Part shown: positions 38,496 through 50,067 of the stretch, one piece after another
Position numbering within the stretch: the first letter of the stretch is position 1
Layout: every line of letters starts with the position of its first letter
Assembly: GCF_018350175.1 (NCBI RefSeq)
Contig: NC_058369.1
Coordinates: forward strand, 22,694,001 to 22,758,000
DNA length: 64,000 nt
From: Felis catus
Lineage: Eukaryota
Direction of reading: 5' to 3'
Notes under the pieces: generated by a model
The model's input: only the letters and a program-made list of their open reading frames with translations
The model's database searches: none
Told to the model about the DNA's origin: nothing
Made by a program: the position numbers and the translations under genes

Positions 38496-38819
38496 AGGAA
38501 GTGCTATTTTTGTTTCAATTTGGGTTTCTTTGTGAATCACAGAATTTTAGAGCAGAAGAGGACTTACATCTCTTTAGCTTCTACCTCTGCGATCGACAGA
38601 CAAGGAAGCCCGGAATGGGAACCTGATCCTTGGGGGGCTTGTGCAACATAGCAGGGTGATGCAGAGGTCCAGCCAGCTCCAGAACCTGGACTCATCGCTC
38701 AGAGGCAGGGGCCCACGTGGCAAATGAGAGGTTGGTGAGAAAAACTAAAGAACCAAAGGACCTCTTTTCCTCACTCACCTCTGTGAAGATGCCAGGAGGA
38801 GTAGGTGACTTACTAATCT

Positions 38820-39010
38820 GTGCTCATGTTTATCGAGTCTCTATGCACCAAGCCCCATGTGAAGCACTTTATATAGGTCATCTAATTTCAACCTGCCATC
38901 AGCCCTGGGAGTGAGACACCGTTCCTACATCACTGGCTCAGAGGATGAGCACACAGACTTGGCAGGGTGGAGTCACAGGCCCAGGTCACATGGACGGGCT
39001 CAGTGGGGTT
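38820..39010 (-). mobile_element. MIR (degenerate)
   Basis: catgtttatcgagtctctatgcaccaagccccatgtgaagcactttatat...tctaatttcaacct. Confidence 0.65.
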
Positions 39011-41780
39011 CCTTTTGCACCAGAAGGTAGGATTGCAGTGCCTCTGGGTGTAGCTGACCAAGTGCAAAGTGTTTTGCACAGTGACTGGCGAACAGGAAGC
39101 ATTCAGTAAATGTTTGCTGTAATTGCTGGCAAGGGGACCTTTCAGTGTGTAAGTATTTAATAACTGAGAGAGTCGTGAAGCTTTAAAAAGCTTCAAGGAT
39201 ATTGACAGCAGGGAACTTAATTTTGAAACCTTTTGTTTTAAATTAATGACTTAAAAAAAAAGAACTGATATGGTTGGTGTGGTTCCTTTGAGAAGGAAAA
39301 AAAAGGGTGCTTTATTTAAATTGAAATGTACCCAGACTAAAGGCATCCAGTATTCTCTGAACTGTGTATTTTAAAATAGATGTAGGAGACCCTTTGTAAA
39401 CACACTTGATACCATAAAATCTAGGTTAGCTGGTCCAGTGATACGTGGCAGCCCCTGCTTCCCATCTTTAAACAGAAAAGAGGGCTTGTATGTCAAGTTG
39501 GGGTTTGGTTTGGAGGCAGTTTTGCTATTGAAATGGGCCTGGTCCTGTTGTGAGCCAGGCAGCACTACTGACAACAGTCATGAGCCATGTGGCATTTGGG
39601 ATGAGAGCAGGTGGCCACTGAGAGGGCCCCTGGATGTTGCCTTATGTGGAGGCCAAGGAGCAGTGGGTGTGACTGTTTTTCATATTATAATGACACCTCA
39701 CTTCTCAACTAGGAAAGGTTGCTGTTTGTCCCTGGGATTGGTAAGCTTTTGAAGTGCAGACACCTCAAATGCAAATTTGCCTGTCGGTTTGCAGGTAGAG
39801 TCCTTATTTGCCAGGTGGCCCTAGAATGAACCACCGTGCAACAGGGCCCTTCTCGTCCCATTCCGCGTCACCCACTGAGCAGCGACCCCTTTCTCTAATG
39901 GCCCAAGAAAAGTGGATTTTAGAATCTGCTCCATCCTTCTGAGGTACCATGCCTGGAAATCCTGTTTCCAAGCTTCCATCCCCACCCCCAGCAACCTGAG
40001 TCGGGTCAGAGGTCCTAGTGCCTTCCTGCCAGTAACTGATCCAGTACCGAGTGCTCATGGATGGTCGGATGGTGGATGGCCGGGAGGATTCAGGAACATA
40101 CATAAGAAATAACTGACTCACAAACGACACAGATTGTTAAAATTTCCATTGATGTCTATAAAATCTTTGTGAGATGGGTGCTGGCAATTTCGAAAGGGGC
40201 ATAACCCCTCCGGTCTGTGAAAGTAGGTGCAGTGAGTCAGTCTGGGCCAGGAAACAAAGGAGCACTTACAATCCCGCCCCACCCGCCTGTCATGTCTTGG
40301 CTGTTAAACAATGTTGATCTTTTCTCTGTCTCTTCTGGCTTGATTTCATCATTCCCCCATCACTTTTCCCAGTGATTAGTTGAATCAGAGTGATTTTATC
40401 ATACTTGTCCCCTATTTGAATTACTCTCCACTATGCAATTATCCTATCACAGAAAGTCCTATTTTCTCCCCGTCAGATGTCTGGAGTAAATGTGAAACCC
40501 AGAGTGGCCTGCCCATTACATAACCTCTGTCCTCTGCTTGGTAATGGATTATACGTAACTTTCCCCCCCGGCCTAGCAAATTACAAATAACCTTAGCTTC
40601 GGTAATTGCCATTAACATAATGGTGCCATCATTATGGTAGCATTTCTTAACTAATATTTTCTAGCACCTTTCTAATGCCGTCGGTGGTTTAAATAATTTT
40701 TTTTAATTCACTCAGTGGGTTGATGTGTAGGTTATTTTAACTTAAGAGCCAGATTGGGTTTGATGCAGTGATGCTGCTACTCGCTCGTGTACAAGATCAT
40801 TGTGCCCAAAGCATTATCTCCCACCTTCTTTGTTCAAACGTATTCAAGCTACCAAGCTCTCAATTGATGTTACTGAGCAATTTATCAAGTTTTAAGTCCC
40901 TATAAATGGACAAGAAATGGAAACAATTTGTTTTTAGTTCATTAACATTTCAAGGAAGATATTCCACATGCTGGACGCGGGGGAAGTGATATACATCAAT
41001 CCTCTGCCAGTAGTGGACCCCTGTTGGGCCATGCCTAAGTGACACCTGGAAATGCTCAACTGTGTCACAAGAGAGAGCTCATCCGAAGCACTTTTGACCT
41101 AGCTCCCCTTTATCCTGAGTTGCTGATGACTTCAGGGAAGAAGGCAAAAGAATTGTGTTCAGTGGCTTTGTTATACAGATGGGCTGCCCCAGCATTTCCT
41201 TTGTCTTCAAAATCCAAGCCTCCACTGGGAGTAATACAAGCTATTACACAGCGGGGAGGATCATCTGAGGCCCCGGGGAGCTCTGAGCAGGCACAGACAA
41301 ACCTACAGTTGGAGGGGAATCGGTAGGAAGTAAATCTGAGTAACTGTGGGCATCTCTGATTATAGGCATATGCTTTTAGGACAGATTCCAACACAGCCAG
41401 GAGATGTAATGATGCTGTGATTTTGGAATGGTCCATATAATTGAGATGAGCAGCACAACCTGGAAAAAGTACATACACCAGGAAATAATAAACAGAAGGA
41501 CTTTGGAGAGTTTGCACATATATACTAGTATTCTCTAGAATGGCTTTCTAAGGGGGAGTTCTCCAGAATAAGTATTGCCTTTGATCTTGTGGAACAGCTC
41601 TGGGGCAGCCAATGCCTTCATCACACTGATCTTGGCTAAAATTGTAACCTCCAAAGGACCCGGAAGGCTTTGAGGTTGTACCTGCTTCCAGGGCCAGGTA
41701 CTGATCCATCCATTGCAACTTTCACTGCTCTACCGGACAGACTTCAGGTCTCCAATAGCTTAAACACGTTTCTTTCTCTC

Positions 41781-41790
41781 TCTCTCACTT

Positions 41791-41821
<31 letters not shown>
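41781..41821. repeat. (CT)n/(CA)n microsatellite
   Basis: Read directly. Confidence 0.9.
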
Positions 41822-42610
41822 GGATTATAGGATGTTATCTAGTTTGGTAGCATATCAGGCAGAACATTAAGTATTTTATCTGCTGTTCAAATTCATCTTC
41901 TCCCCCAAGCAATTAATTAGAAATGTCTAAAAGAACCAACTTCCTTGGGGACTATGAAAAGGCACAGGAAGCAAGTTGTACCTAAACTTTCTAAGTGAAG
42001 AGTCTCTTGTTTTCCAACCTTGGATAAGATAGTTAATAATTTTGATAGCACTCTGAAGCTCAGACCTGTAAATAAACTTAATCTTGTTTTACTTAGTTTC
42101 TGATTTACATTGATAAAATGATAAATCGGGCACTTGAAAAAGAGTGTATTGCTTAAAAATAAACATCCTTGCTTCTTGGGAAAAGCTAAAAGAGACTAGA
42201 TTATATATTAAGTTTCTCTCCCCTCCTATAGCTACCTGCTGTTCGCTGCAGAACTGATTCCCATTATAGCTGTACTGTGGGAAGTAATTGCTGTTGTACA
42301 GTAATTCAATTTCAGTGCATTCACGCATCAGTTCACCGATAGGGGTTTATCTGGAGAAACCTGGGACTTGAAAGCTTTTTATCGAGAAATTCCACATGCA
42401 GCAAGACGTTTTTCCTAGGTAACGAATATCAGTATTTGCATTTAATAAACATTTACCTTCTCAGAAAAATGGATTTTTTCCCTCTGCAGAAGAGATTTAC
42501 GCCAATCTTCCAAAAAGCTAGAGGGTACTATTAAAGCAACTTCCTCTAGCTGTTTTTTGACTGGTGTCTACATATGTATGACTATAAAACGCATCTATGT
42601 CTTTATGTAA

Positions 42611-42664
42611 ATATATATATATACACATATATATGTGTGTGTGTGTGTGTGTGTATATATGTGT

Positions 42665-42707
<43 letters not shown>

Positions 42708-42728
42708 TACATACATACACACACACGC
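42611..42728. repeat. Compound (TA)/(TG)/(CA) alternating purine-pyrimidine tract
   Basis: Read directly. Confidence 0.95.
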
Positions 42729-42943
42729 TGAGGCATGGAGAGTAGGAGGCACTTAAGGAAAGCATGATCTGTACCACACATATACATGATATAAGGGATT
42801 AATATCTACAGAAACTATATGAATACTTCTGGTTTAAAGACTCATCTATATCTGTAGGCATTGTGAAAATTGTTGGTGAGGAATATTTTCAAAAGAATAC
42901 CCATTAAGTTGGAAAGGAAGTCAACCACTTGATTTATGAATTT

Positions 42944-43166
42944 TTTTTTTTTAATTTTTTTTTCAACGTTTATTTATTTTTGGGACAGAGAGAGACAGAG
43001 CATGAACGGGGGAGGGGCAGAGAGAGAGGGAGACACAGAATCGGAAACAGGCTCCAGGCTCCGAGCCATCAGCCCAGAGCCTGACGCGGGGCTCGAACTC
43101 ACGGACCGCGAGATCGTGACCTGGCTGAAGTCGGACGCTCAACCGACTGCGCCACCCAGGCGCCCC
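42944..43166 (-). mobile_element. Very young felid SINE (SINEC_Fc)
   Basis: CpGs essentially all intact (gacgcggggctcgaactcacggaccgcgagatcgtg). TSD atttatgaattt at 42932-42943 and 43169-43180. Confidence 0.98.
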
Positions 43167-43537
43167 AAATTTATGAATTTCTAAATGAAGGGCAGGTTCA
43201 TAGGACAGACTGTTTCTTCCTATATACAAAAGCTCTTAGATCGTAAGGACTCTTTACATATTAAGTGCAAAATGAGCTGTAGAAGTCTTAGGAGCTGAAT
43301 ATACCTAACATTGCTAAAAGGCCCTTTAGTTCTTGCCCAAAAGAAGAAGAAACTGGACACATTCAAAAGATTTTTCTGCCTTTGTTCATTTCTCATCTGA
43401 TCTCAAGAGTTTCAAAATGTGTTTCTTAGAAGAGGAGTAAATTTATTTCAGGCAAAAATATCGTGTTTTGAGTCACAAATGAAAAGACTACTGTTTGTTA
43501 CATTATTGTATCTTGTAGCCTATTTGCTTCTTTGCTC

Positions 43538-43638
43538 ACTCCTCCCTCCCTCCCTCTCTCCCTTCCTTCCTCCCTCCCTCCCTCCCTCCCTTTTTCCCTC
43601 CCTCCCTCCCTCCCTCCCTCCCTTTTTCCCTTCCTTCT
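43538..43638. repeat. (CCCT)n/(CCTT)n polypyrimidine tract
   Basis: Read directly. Confidence 0.93.
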
Positions 43639-43724
43639 GCAAACTGGGTTGTAAAACCCCATGCTATGTGTAAGAAAATTTACAGCAGAAACCTCACACC
43701 AGAAAAAGCTTAAAAAGTAACAAT

Positions 43725-43939
43725 GGGGTGCCTGGGTGGCTCAGTCGGTTAAGCATCCAGCTCTTGATTTCAGTTTAGGTCATGATCTCACAGTTTGTGG
43801 GATCAAGCCCCACGTTAGGCTCTGCGCTGACCATGTAGAGCCTGCTTGGGATTCTCTTTCTCATTCTCTGTCTGCCCCTCCCCCTGCTCACTCACGATCT
43901 CTCCTTCTCTCAAAATAAATAAGTAAACATTAAAAAAAA
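43725..43939 (+). mobile_element. Older Can-SINE
   Basis: ggggtgcctgggtggctcagtcggttaagcatcc...gcctgcttgggattctc...aaaataaataagtaaacattaaaa. Confidence 0.94.
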
Positions 43940-44459
43940 TAGCAACAAACTGGATTCACCAGTTTTGATGAGGTCAGTGAACCATTCTTGGTTGATGGTT
44001 GAGGTGAAAACCACAAGTCTTCTTGGGTTTATTCCAAAAGGGGTTGGGTCTCCTCTACCATACTTCAGATTGTATCCACCTGAGCCTCACAGAGAGGCCC
44101 GGAAGGCTGTTCTCCAACCTACGTTGAGCAGCTCACCTGCCTCCTGGGGGAGATAAGTTTCCTGCTAAGAGAAGAAATGTAGGTGACATTTCATCTCCGG
44201 TCTCCATCACCCTCCTCATGCGGGAAGGTGGGTTGGCTTAGTGAACTGTATCCTGACTCTCCTGCTTATTCTGGAGCTGTTGGCCCTTAGGCGTTCTTCT
44301 TTGTGCGTAGAATCACCGCTTGAAGCTCTTGCCAACTTCAAAGTTATTAGGTACATTCCTAAACGTTTCTCTAAAATCTCTCCATTTTTAAAGCTTTATG
44401 GAAGACTTAGTTTTGGAATTTCTCTGTAACTCACCTCACCCATATTTGCTCTATTTCTA

Positions 44460-45120
44460 TTTTTGTTTTGTTTTCATTGATTATACACATTCGTGGTAAA
44501 AAAATAACACAAGGTGCAGAAAAGGATAAAGGAGAAAGTAAAGATCACAACACCAGGGGATTAAGAGGCACTTGGTGTCTTTCAATACCTTTTGTTTTTA
44601 AACATCTTAATTTCTTTTCTTCCTGATGTTTTTCTATTTGTGCATTTGTATATGCGTTTACACGCATTGAATCATTCTTTCCTGTAACCAGGTTTTTTAC
44701 AAAATTAATTTTACATGTTGTGGACATCAATCCATGTCAACGAATATATATATTCCTGTTATTTGTTCTAATCAAGAAATTCTCTTTTGGTGAATAATTG
44801 ATGTTATTGGTGAAATACTACTTGTGAAATAGCGTGTCCCTATGATAAGCCATGATATGAAAAACTTTCTTGCAGAGAAATTGTGTCCATTCATTTGATG
44901 CATTTATTAGGACCTATTCTTGGAAACAAAATGAAGGCTTTTGGTCTCCCTTGCCAGCTTGTCTTCCAGACAGCATCCGCCTGCTCGTGTTCCCACCTGT
45001 GAGGCTGGAGAGGCTCTCCTTCTCCGTTGTCCTCTCTCACATTTGGCTGCTGTTACTTTTGATCTTTGTTAGTCTTACAGGCACAAAGTAGTATCTCATT
45101 TTACTTTGTTTTATTTAATT
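44460..45120 (-). mobile_element. L1ME-like fragment
   Basis: tggacatcaatccatgtcaa...ttgccagcttgtcttccaga...gatctttgttagtcttacaggcacaaagtagtatctcattttac. Confidence 0.55.
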
Positions 45121-46189
45121 GCTCAGCATTTAGCATGGGGGAATCTTCTCTGGCTCCTCACTTGCCCTGCACCAAGGTTTGTGGCAAATTACACAATGTC
45201 TCAGAGCATGGGCATCAGTGTTACAGCATAGAGAACGTCCGTGCTGGTCCTTTATCATCTCTCAAAGAAGTGTGTAGGCCCAGGAACTTTCTTGGACACA
45301 CTTGGAGGGCCCTCCCTACCCCTTTCCTCTTCCTTCCTGGACTGTATCATAATAACAGCCTGGTTGTAGGGGTGGGGATGTGGGGCACTGACTGCCAGTT
45401 TGGAGTGCCAGTTTGGAAGAGTTTTCTGGGAATCCCAGTGGTTCAACACCTGAGGACCATGGTGCTGGGTGTTTTAGACCCTCTTACTGCAGGAAAAAGT
45501 CACTACTCCCAAGAGAAGTTGAGCCTGGTATAGCCCTTCTCACTGAGAAAGGACTCCATTTCCAGCTGGCTTGTTGCTGGGTGCCAGTGGTCACTTTGGG
45601 TCATTTTTCCTTAGGGTACCATCTTTCTATATGTTCATTGGTCAGTTGTTTTTCCTTTTTTTCTTATAAACTGCCTGTTAATGTCCTTTTCCATTGTGTG
45701 TATTATACTTGCTTCCTTTCCTTGTCCCCACTTGTCCCTACTCAAGCCCTGGTATCTGTCACAGTATCTTGAGTCTGCAGTTAAGTGTTCATTAAACATT
45801 TGTTGACTGACTTACAGACCTTCCCTCTTGGCATCAGGTAACTTAAAGTCAGAGTGATCATAGTTACAACTCTTCCCTTTGACCAAAGATGTCCTGAATG
45901 ATGAAGGGGAAAGAAGAATATCAGGGTTTAATTGCAGAGAAACCACAGGGCTCATGTGCCTTCCAGAAATTCACTGTGTGTTCTGAGTGAATGAGTCCTA
46001 TGTATGCTGTCCCAAATCAGACTGTGGCCTGCTTAGACTCTAATCCTCAGCTTTGGCCCAGTCCCTCCCCACGTGGCCCTTCTCCCAGAAGTAGGTGAAT
46101 AGGGGACTTGAAATGGACAGAAACCAGGCCAGCTGCTCAGAGTGGAAATAAAAGTTAACAATTTCTATCGAGGGAATCAAAGAACTGCC

Positions 46190-46305
46190 CCCCTGCCTTC
46201 CTTCCATCTTCCTTCCTTTTTCCCCTCCCTCCCTCACTCCCTGCCTTCCTTCTTCCTTCCTTTTTCCCCTCTCTCCCTTCATCCCTTCCTTCCTCCCTCC
46301 CTCCC
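46190..46305. repeat. CT-rich polypyrimidine tract
   Basis: Read directly. Confidence 0.9.
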
Positions 46306-46819
46306 ATTTGGTTGGAACCAATGAAGGAAGACGCTTCCTGGACAGGGGAGGAGAATGTCAGTGTTCTGAGGCTATGACTTAGCAGAATAACTATAATTTC
46401 CCTGATGTTCTCTGAGCCTGGCTGGGTGATCTTCTGGTCATAATGCAAAGCTGGGTGCTAGAGCTAGGGTGTGTGCCCCCGGGCGTGGCAGATGTTTCTC
46501 TTCATGTGGCAGGTGGTAAAATGGGCAGCTCACTACCCACAAGAAATGGAACACACTGATGTATGAGCAGATTCAAGGGGCTTTTCGTAAATTTGAGTAT
46601 GATGTCATGAAGGAGAGTTTTGGAGTGATGCTGAGAGTAGTTGCCAGGCTCCCCACTTCTGGGCTTATTGCTCTCTCAACTGTAGCATGGCTGGGTCAGG
46701 GTACCTGTCTAGAGCCCCGCCCCATCCCGCCAGCATGGGCCATCTTGGCATCCTCTTTACTCCTTTTATTCAACTTTTGAAAGCTGTACTGAACTCTGTT
46801 TTGCTTAGTGTTGACTTGA

Positions 46820-46941
46820 GAATTGCTGTCTGTCCTCTAGAACCCCAGTGTCATGAGGGTGGGGACCGCGATGGTCACGCCTCCCCTTGTAGCCCCGGGA
46901 CCCAGACTGGGCACTCGGCAAGTATCTGTGAATGAATGAAC
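46820..46941 (+). mobile_element. L2 3' end
   Basis: ctagaaccccagtgtcatgagggtggggacc...gcactcggcaagtatctgtgaatgaatgaa. Confidence 0.7.
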
Positions 46942-48850
46942 TTGCTACCCCGGTGATGATGCTGTCATGGGGGTAAGCCCCCCATGCCTGGAAGACCATC
47001 TGGTCATCAGGGCATGGTGCCAGGTAAGGTTTCCTGGGTGTTTCCTGTGTGTTTGTGCCTGCCCTGGCCCCTGCTCCCCACCAGAGGATCCATTTCTCCT
47101 CTGTCTCAGAAGCTTGGATTTGCTTTATGTTGTACGATGATAAAGAAAAAGAAAGAGAAAAATTTCTTTCCCATCCAAAGTGAAACATCATTTAAAATCA
47201 TATTTCCCATTTTCATTGCCTATTTTTATTCTCCATTTATGAAATCCGGTTTTGAAAGATTTCCTGTCGCTTTGGTCAAGACCAAGTAGACCAAACAGCC
47301 TGGGGAAGAGAGGCTCGTGGCCATGGAGACCTGCGTGAAATTACAGTGCTGATCCCTGCCTTTAGCCTAAGTAGCAATTATGCCCCATCAGGGCGCCCAC
47401 ATGGAGGCTTTGAGCTCGCCTCACTGCGCTCTCTGACTGCCTCTCCACTAGAACTAAAAGAGGGAGGCGTCGTCCGCAGGTGGAAGTTGTGCAAGACACT
47501 ATCTGAGCCCGAGTGGCTGGGTGGGGACAGCTCAACACAGCAGTGTTATACCAAGGTGCCGGTTCCTCTGCTGATTTTTCAAAGATTGGTATCGTTTCTA
47601 CACCAGACCAGGTAGCAAATAATGCCACTTAATTTATACTCAGGCGAGGCAAAAGAAATCTTAAGAGGTTCGTGGGTGGGAGGAAATTATGGTGAATCAC
47701 TGAAGTGTCACCATCAAGAGATCAAAATGACAGAATAAAGCCGTAATAATAATAATAAAAGACCATTGGCTTTAATTGTATAAATTACTGGCAACAAATT
47801 AAGGGTTTTCAGTAATATTTTGAATGCATAGTTAGTATGTTTAACCAGGGATGAGTTGGTGACATCAGTTGTCTGTTTCTGGTCTCTGCTCAGTTTCCCA
47901 TATGGAGGTAAGGAGCAGCTGGTCCTACAAACACAGCGAGATTATTTACGTTTTGTAAATTAGGTTAGGAGGGGAAAATGAAAAGGTAGTTGGGGATTCA
48001 TTGGCATTTCATTTACACTGCATTCAGCGGAGGTTTGACAGCCCTTTTGAGTAATCAGAGTCTTTGTTGAAAATCAGCTGGGATATCATTGACTGCGCAT
48101 CTCGAGCCATACTGGCTGCTTGAACAGACAACATATAATGCTTTTGCACGATCAGGGGCAAATGGGATTTTTTCTCTTTTTTTTTCTGGTGTGCCTTTTA
48201 GCTGATTCTGTGTGTCAGTTGGGGAGGAAAATCATATCCTCGGGAATATACTTAGCTTCTCTCACTGTGTGCGTTCAGTGATTCTGGAGCATCTCATCAG
48301 GTTGTTTGATGGGCTTCGTAGAGCGGTCCTTCCCGGGGTCTCTAGAAGGCTGCGGTGGCCGTCGGAAAGCAGACCCTCATCCCAGTCACAGGGGGAGTTG
48401 CTTGTAAACACTCCAATACCAACCAGTGAGGAGGAGTCTCCTCCCCTCAAGCAGGTATCTCTGGAAGAACTTCAGGCCAGGCAAAGGTGCTGGCCCTCAG
48501 CACTTTTACCAAGAGGTGAGCTGGTGGGTACCAGCTGCAGAGGGGCAGTGGAAGGAGCTCAAGGCAAGAGCAGGGCCAGACTTGAGGGGGGGGCAAGGCC
48601 CATGGGCAGCTGTTTGGACCGTTAAATGGTGGCCTCTCTTAGAGGAGTGTTGGCCTCTCTTAGACAGCCTATCTCCAAGAGGACTTCCCCCAAAAGCTCG
48701 GTGGACCTCTTCCTTTGCCGTGCTGGGAGTCTGTCCTTGTAGTCTGTGTATCATCTGGGGACAGTGTAGTCCACAACAGGAAATCAGAGGTAGCCTCTGA
48801 AGGCAGACATGGTGGAGATGAGTTTACTCCAAGGAAGTGTGTTCTGCCTT

Positions 48851-49071
48851 CTTTTAATTTTTTTCTAATGTTTTTATTTATTTTTAAGACAGAGGAGAGA
48901 GAGCATGAGTGGGGAGGGGCAGAGAGAGAGGGAGACACACAGAATCCGAAGCAGGCTCCAGGCTCTGAGCTGTCAGCACAGAGCCCAAAGTGGGGCTTGA
49001 ACTCATGAGCTGTGAGATCATGACCGGAGCCAAAGTTGGATGCTCAACCAACTGAGCCACCCAGGCGCCCC
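48851..49071 (-). mobile_element. Can-SINE
   Basis: TSD tgttctgcctt at 48840-48850 and 49072-49082. Confidence 0.96.
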
Positions 49072-49317
49072 TGTTCTGCCTTGTTTATTTGGCAAAAATG
49101 AACACAGGGTGGACCGAGTGGGTGTTCTTCTAAAGCTGAGTGTGTGTGTGTGTGTGTGTGTGTGGGCGCGCACATATGTACACACCTAAGTGCATCTAAC
49201 GGTGTCAGGAATGGGAGCTGGGGAGTGGAGGGTGACGCATGAATGTTTGCTCTCACAGGAATTGCTTCAGTGGAGAGACGGAGGTCAAAAACAAGCAGCG
49301 GTGTCACAGTTATAAAG

Positions 49318-49726
49318 CAGTGGTCCCCGGCCAGTCCTGGCCGCAGACAGGTTTTGCTTGATCTGTGTGGGCTTTGAGAAAGAAAGTGAAATCACGTATA
49401 AAAATAGGAAGTGATATAAAAATATCCAGATTTAAAATAAATAAATGTTAAAAAAAATTAAAAAAAAAAAGAACTCTTTCTCTGACCCTCCCCTGCTCAT
49501 GCTGTGTCTCTCTCTGTCTCAAAAATAAATAAATGTTAAAAAAAATGTAAAAAAAAAATCCAGATTTAAAGCTTTACAAATTGAGAGGTGTACTCCCCTC
49601 TCCCTTGTCCCCCATCCCCACATGGCAACAGTCTGCATGAATGTTCATTTTGTTGATTTCCATGCTGCTCCCTGCTCATGTATGTGGCTGCTCTGGCTCC
49701 AAAGAGGGCTGAGTTTGCAGCCTCTG
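49318..49726. mobile_element. MER102-like hAT-Charlie element interrupted by a SINE fragment
   Basis: ctggccgcagacaggttttgcttg...taaaaatatccagattt...cccacatggcaaca...ctcatgtatgtggctgctctggctcc...tgagtttgcagcctctg. Confidence 0.7.
49437..49557 (+). mobile_element. Truncated, double-tailed Can-SINE fragment
   Basis: SINE tail, SINE 3' (CT) region and a second tail between TSDs atccagatttaaa (49424-49436, 49558-49570). Confidence 0.85.
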
Positions 49727-50027
49727 GAGTAGTCCGATGAGGGCCACAACCTCTTTAGGGGACACGGAGGAGTGTTTGAGTGTGTGAAGCTTGAAAGCTC
49801 CTAGGCAAGTACTCGGAGCTTTCACAAATCATGCTGGACATTGTCCCTGTTATGGTCACCAGCATCAGCACATTATGGAGTGCTTCTCCTCCGCCACACT
49901 GCTCTGCTGTGCTCTCTGTGTTTGGTCTCATTTAAATGTTCCATCCCTGTGAAGTCGGATTGAACAATTCTTGGCTGGGGAGAGGGGATGTTCACAGGAT
50001 AAGAAAGCTTTGTACGGGGACATGGGA

Positions 50028-50032
<5 letters not shown>

Positions 50033-50066
<34 letters not shown>
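50033..50066. repeat. (TG)n microsatellite
   Basis: Read directly. Confidence 0.95.

Positions 50067-50067
<1 letters not shown>

Noticed and set aside
48630..48664. tggcctctcttaga repeated at 21-bp spacing
   Set aside because: A small local slippage duplication with no further structure.
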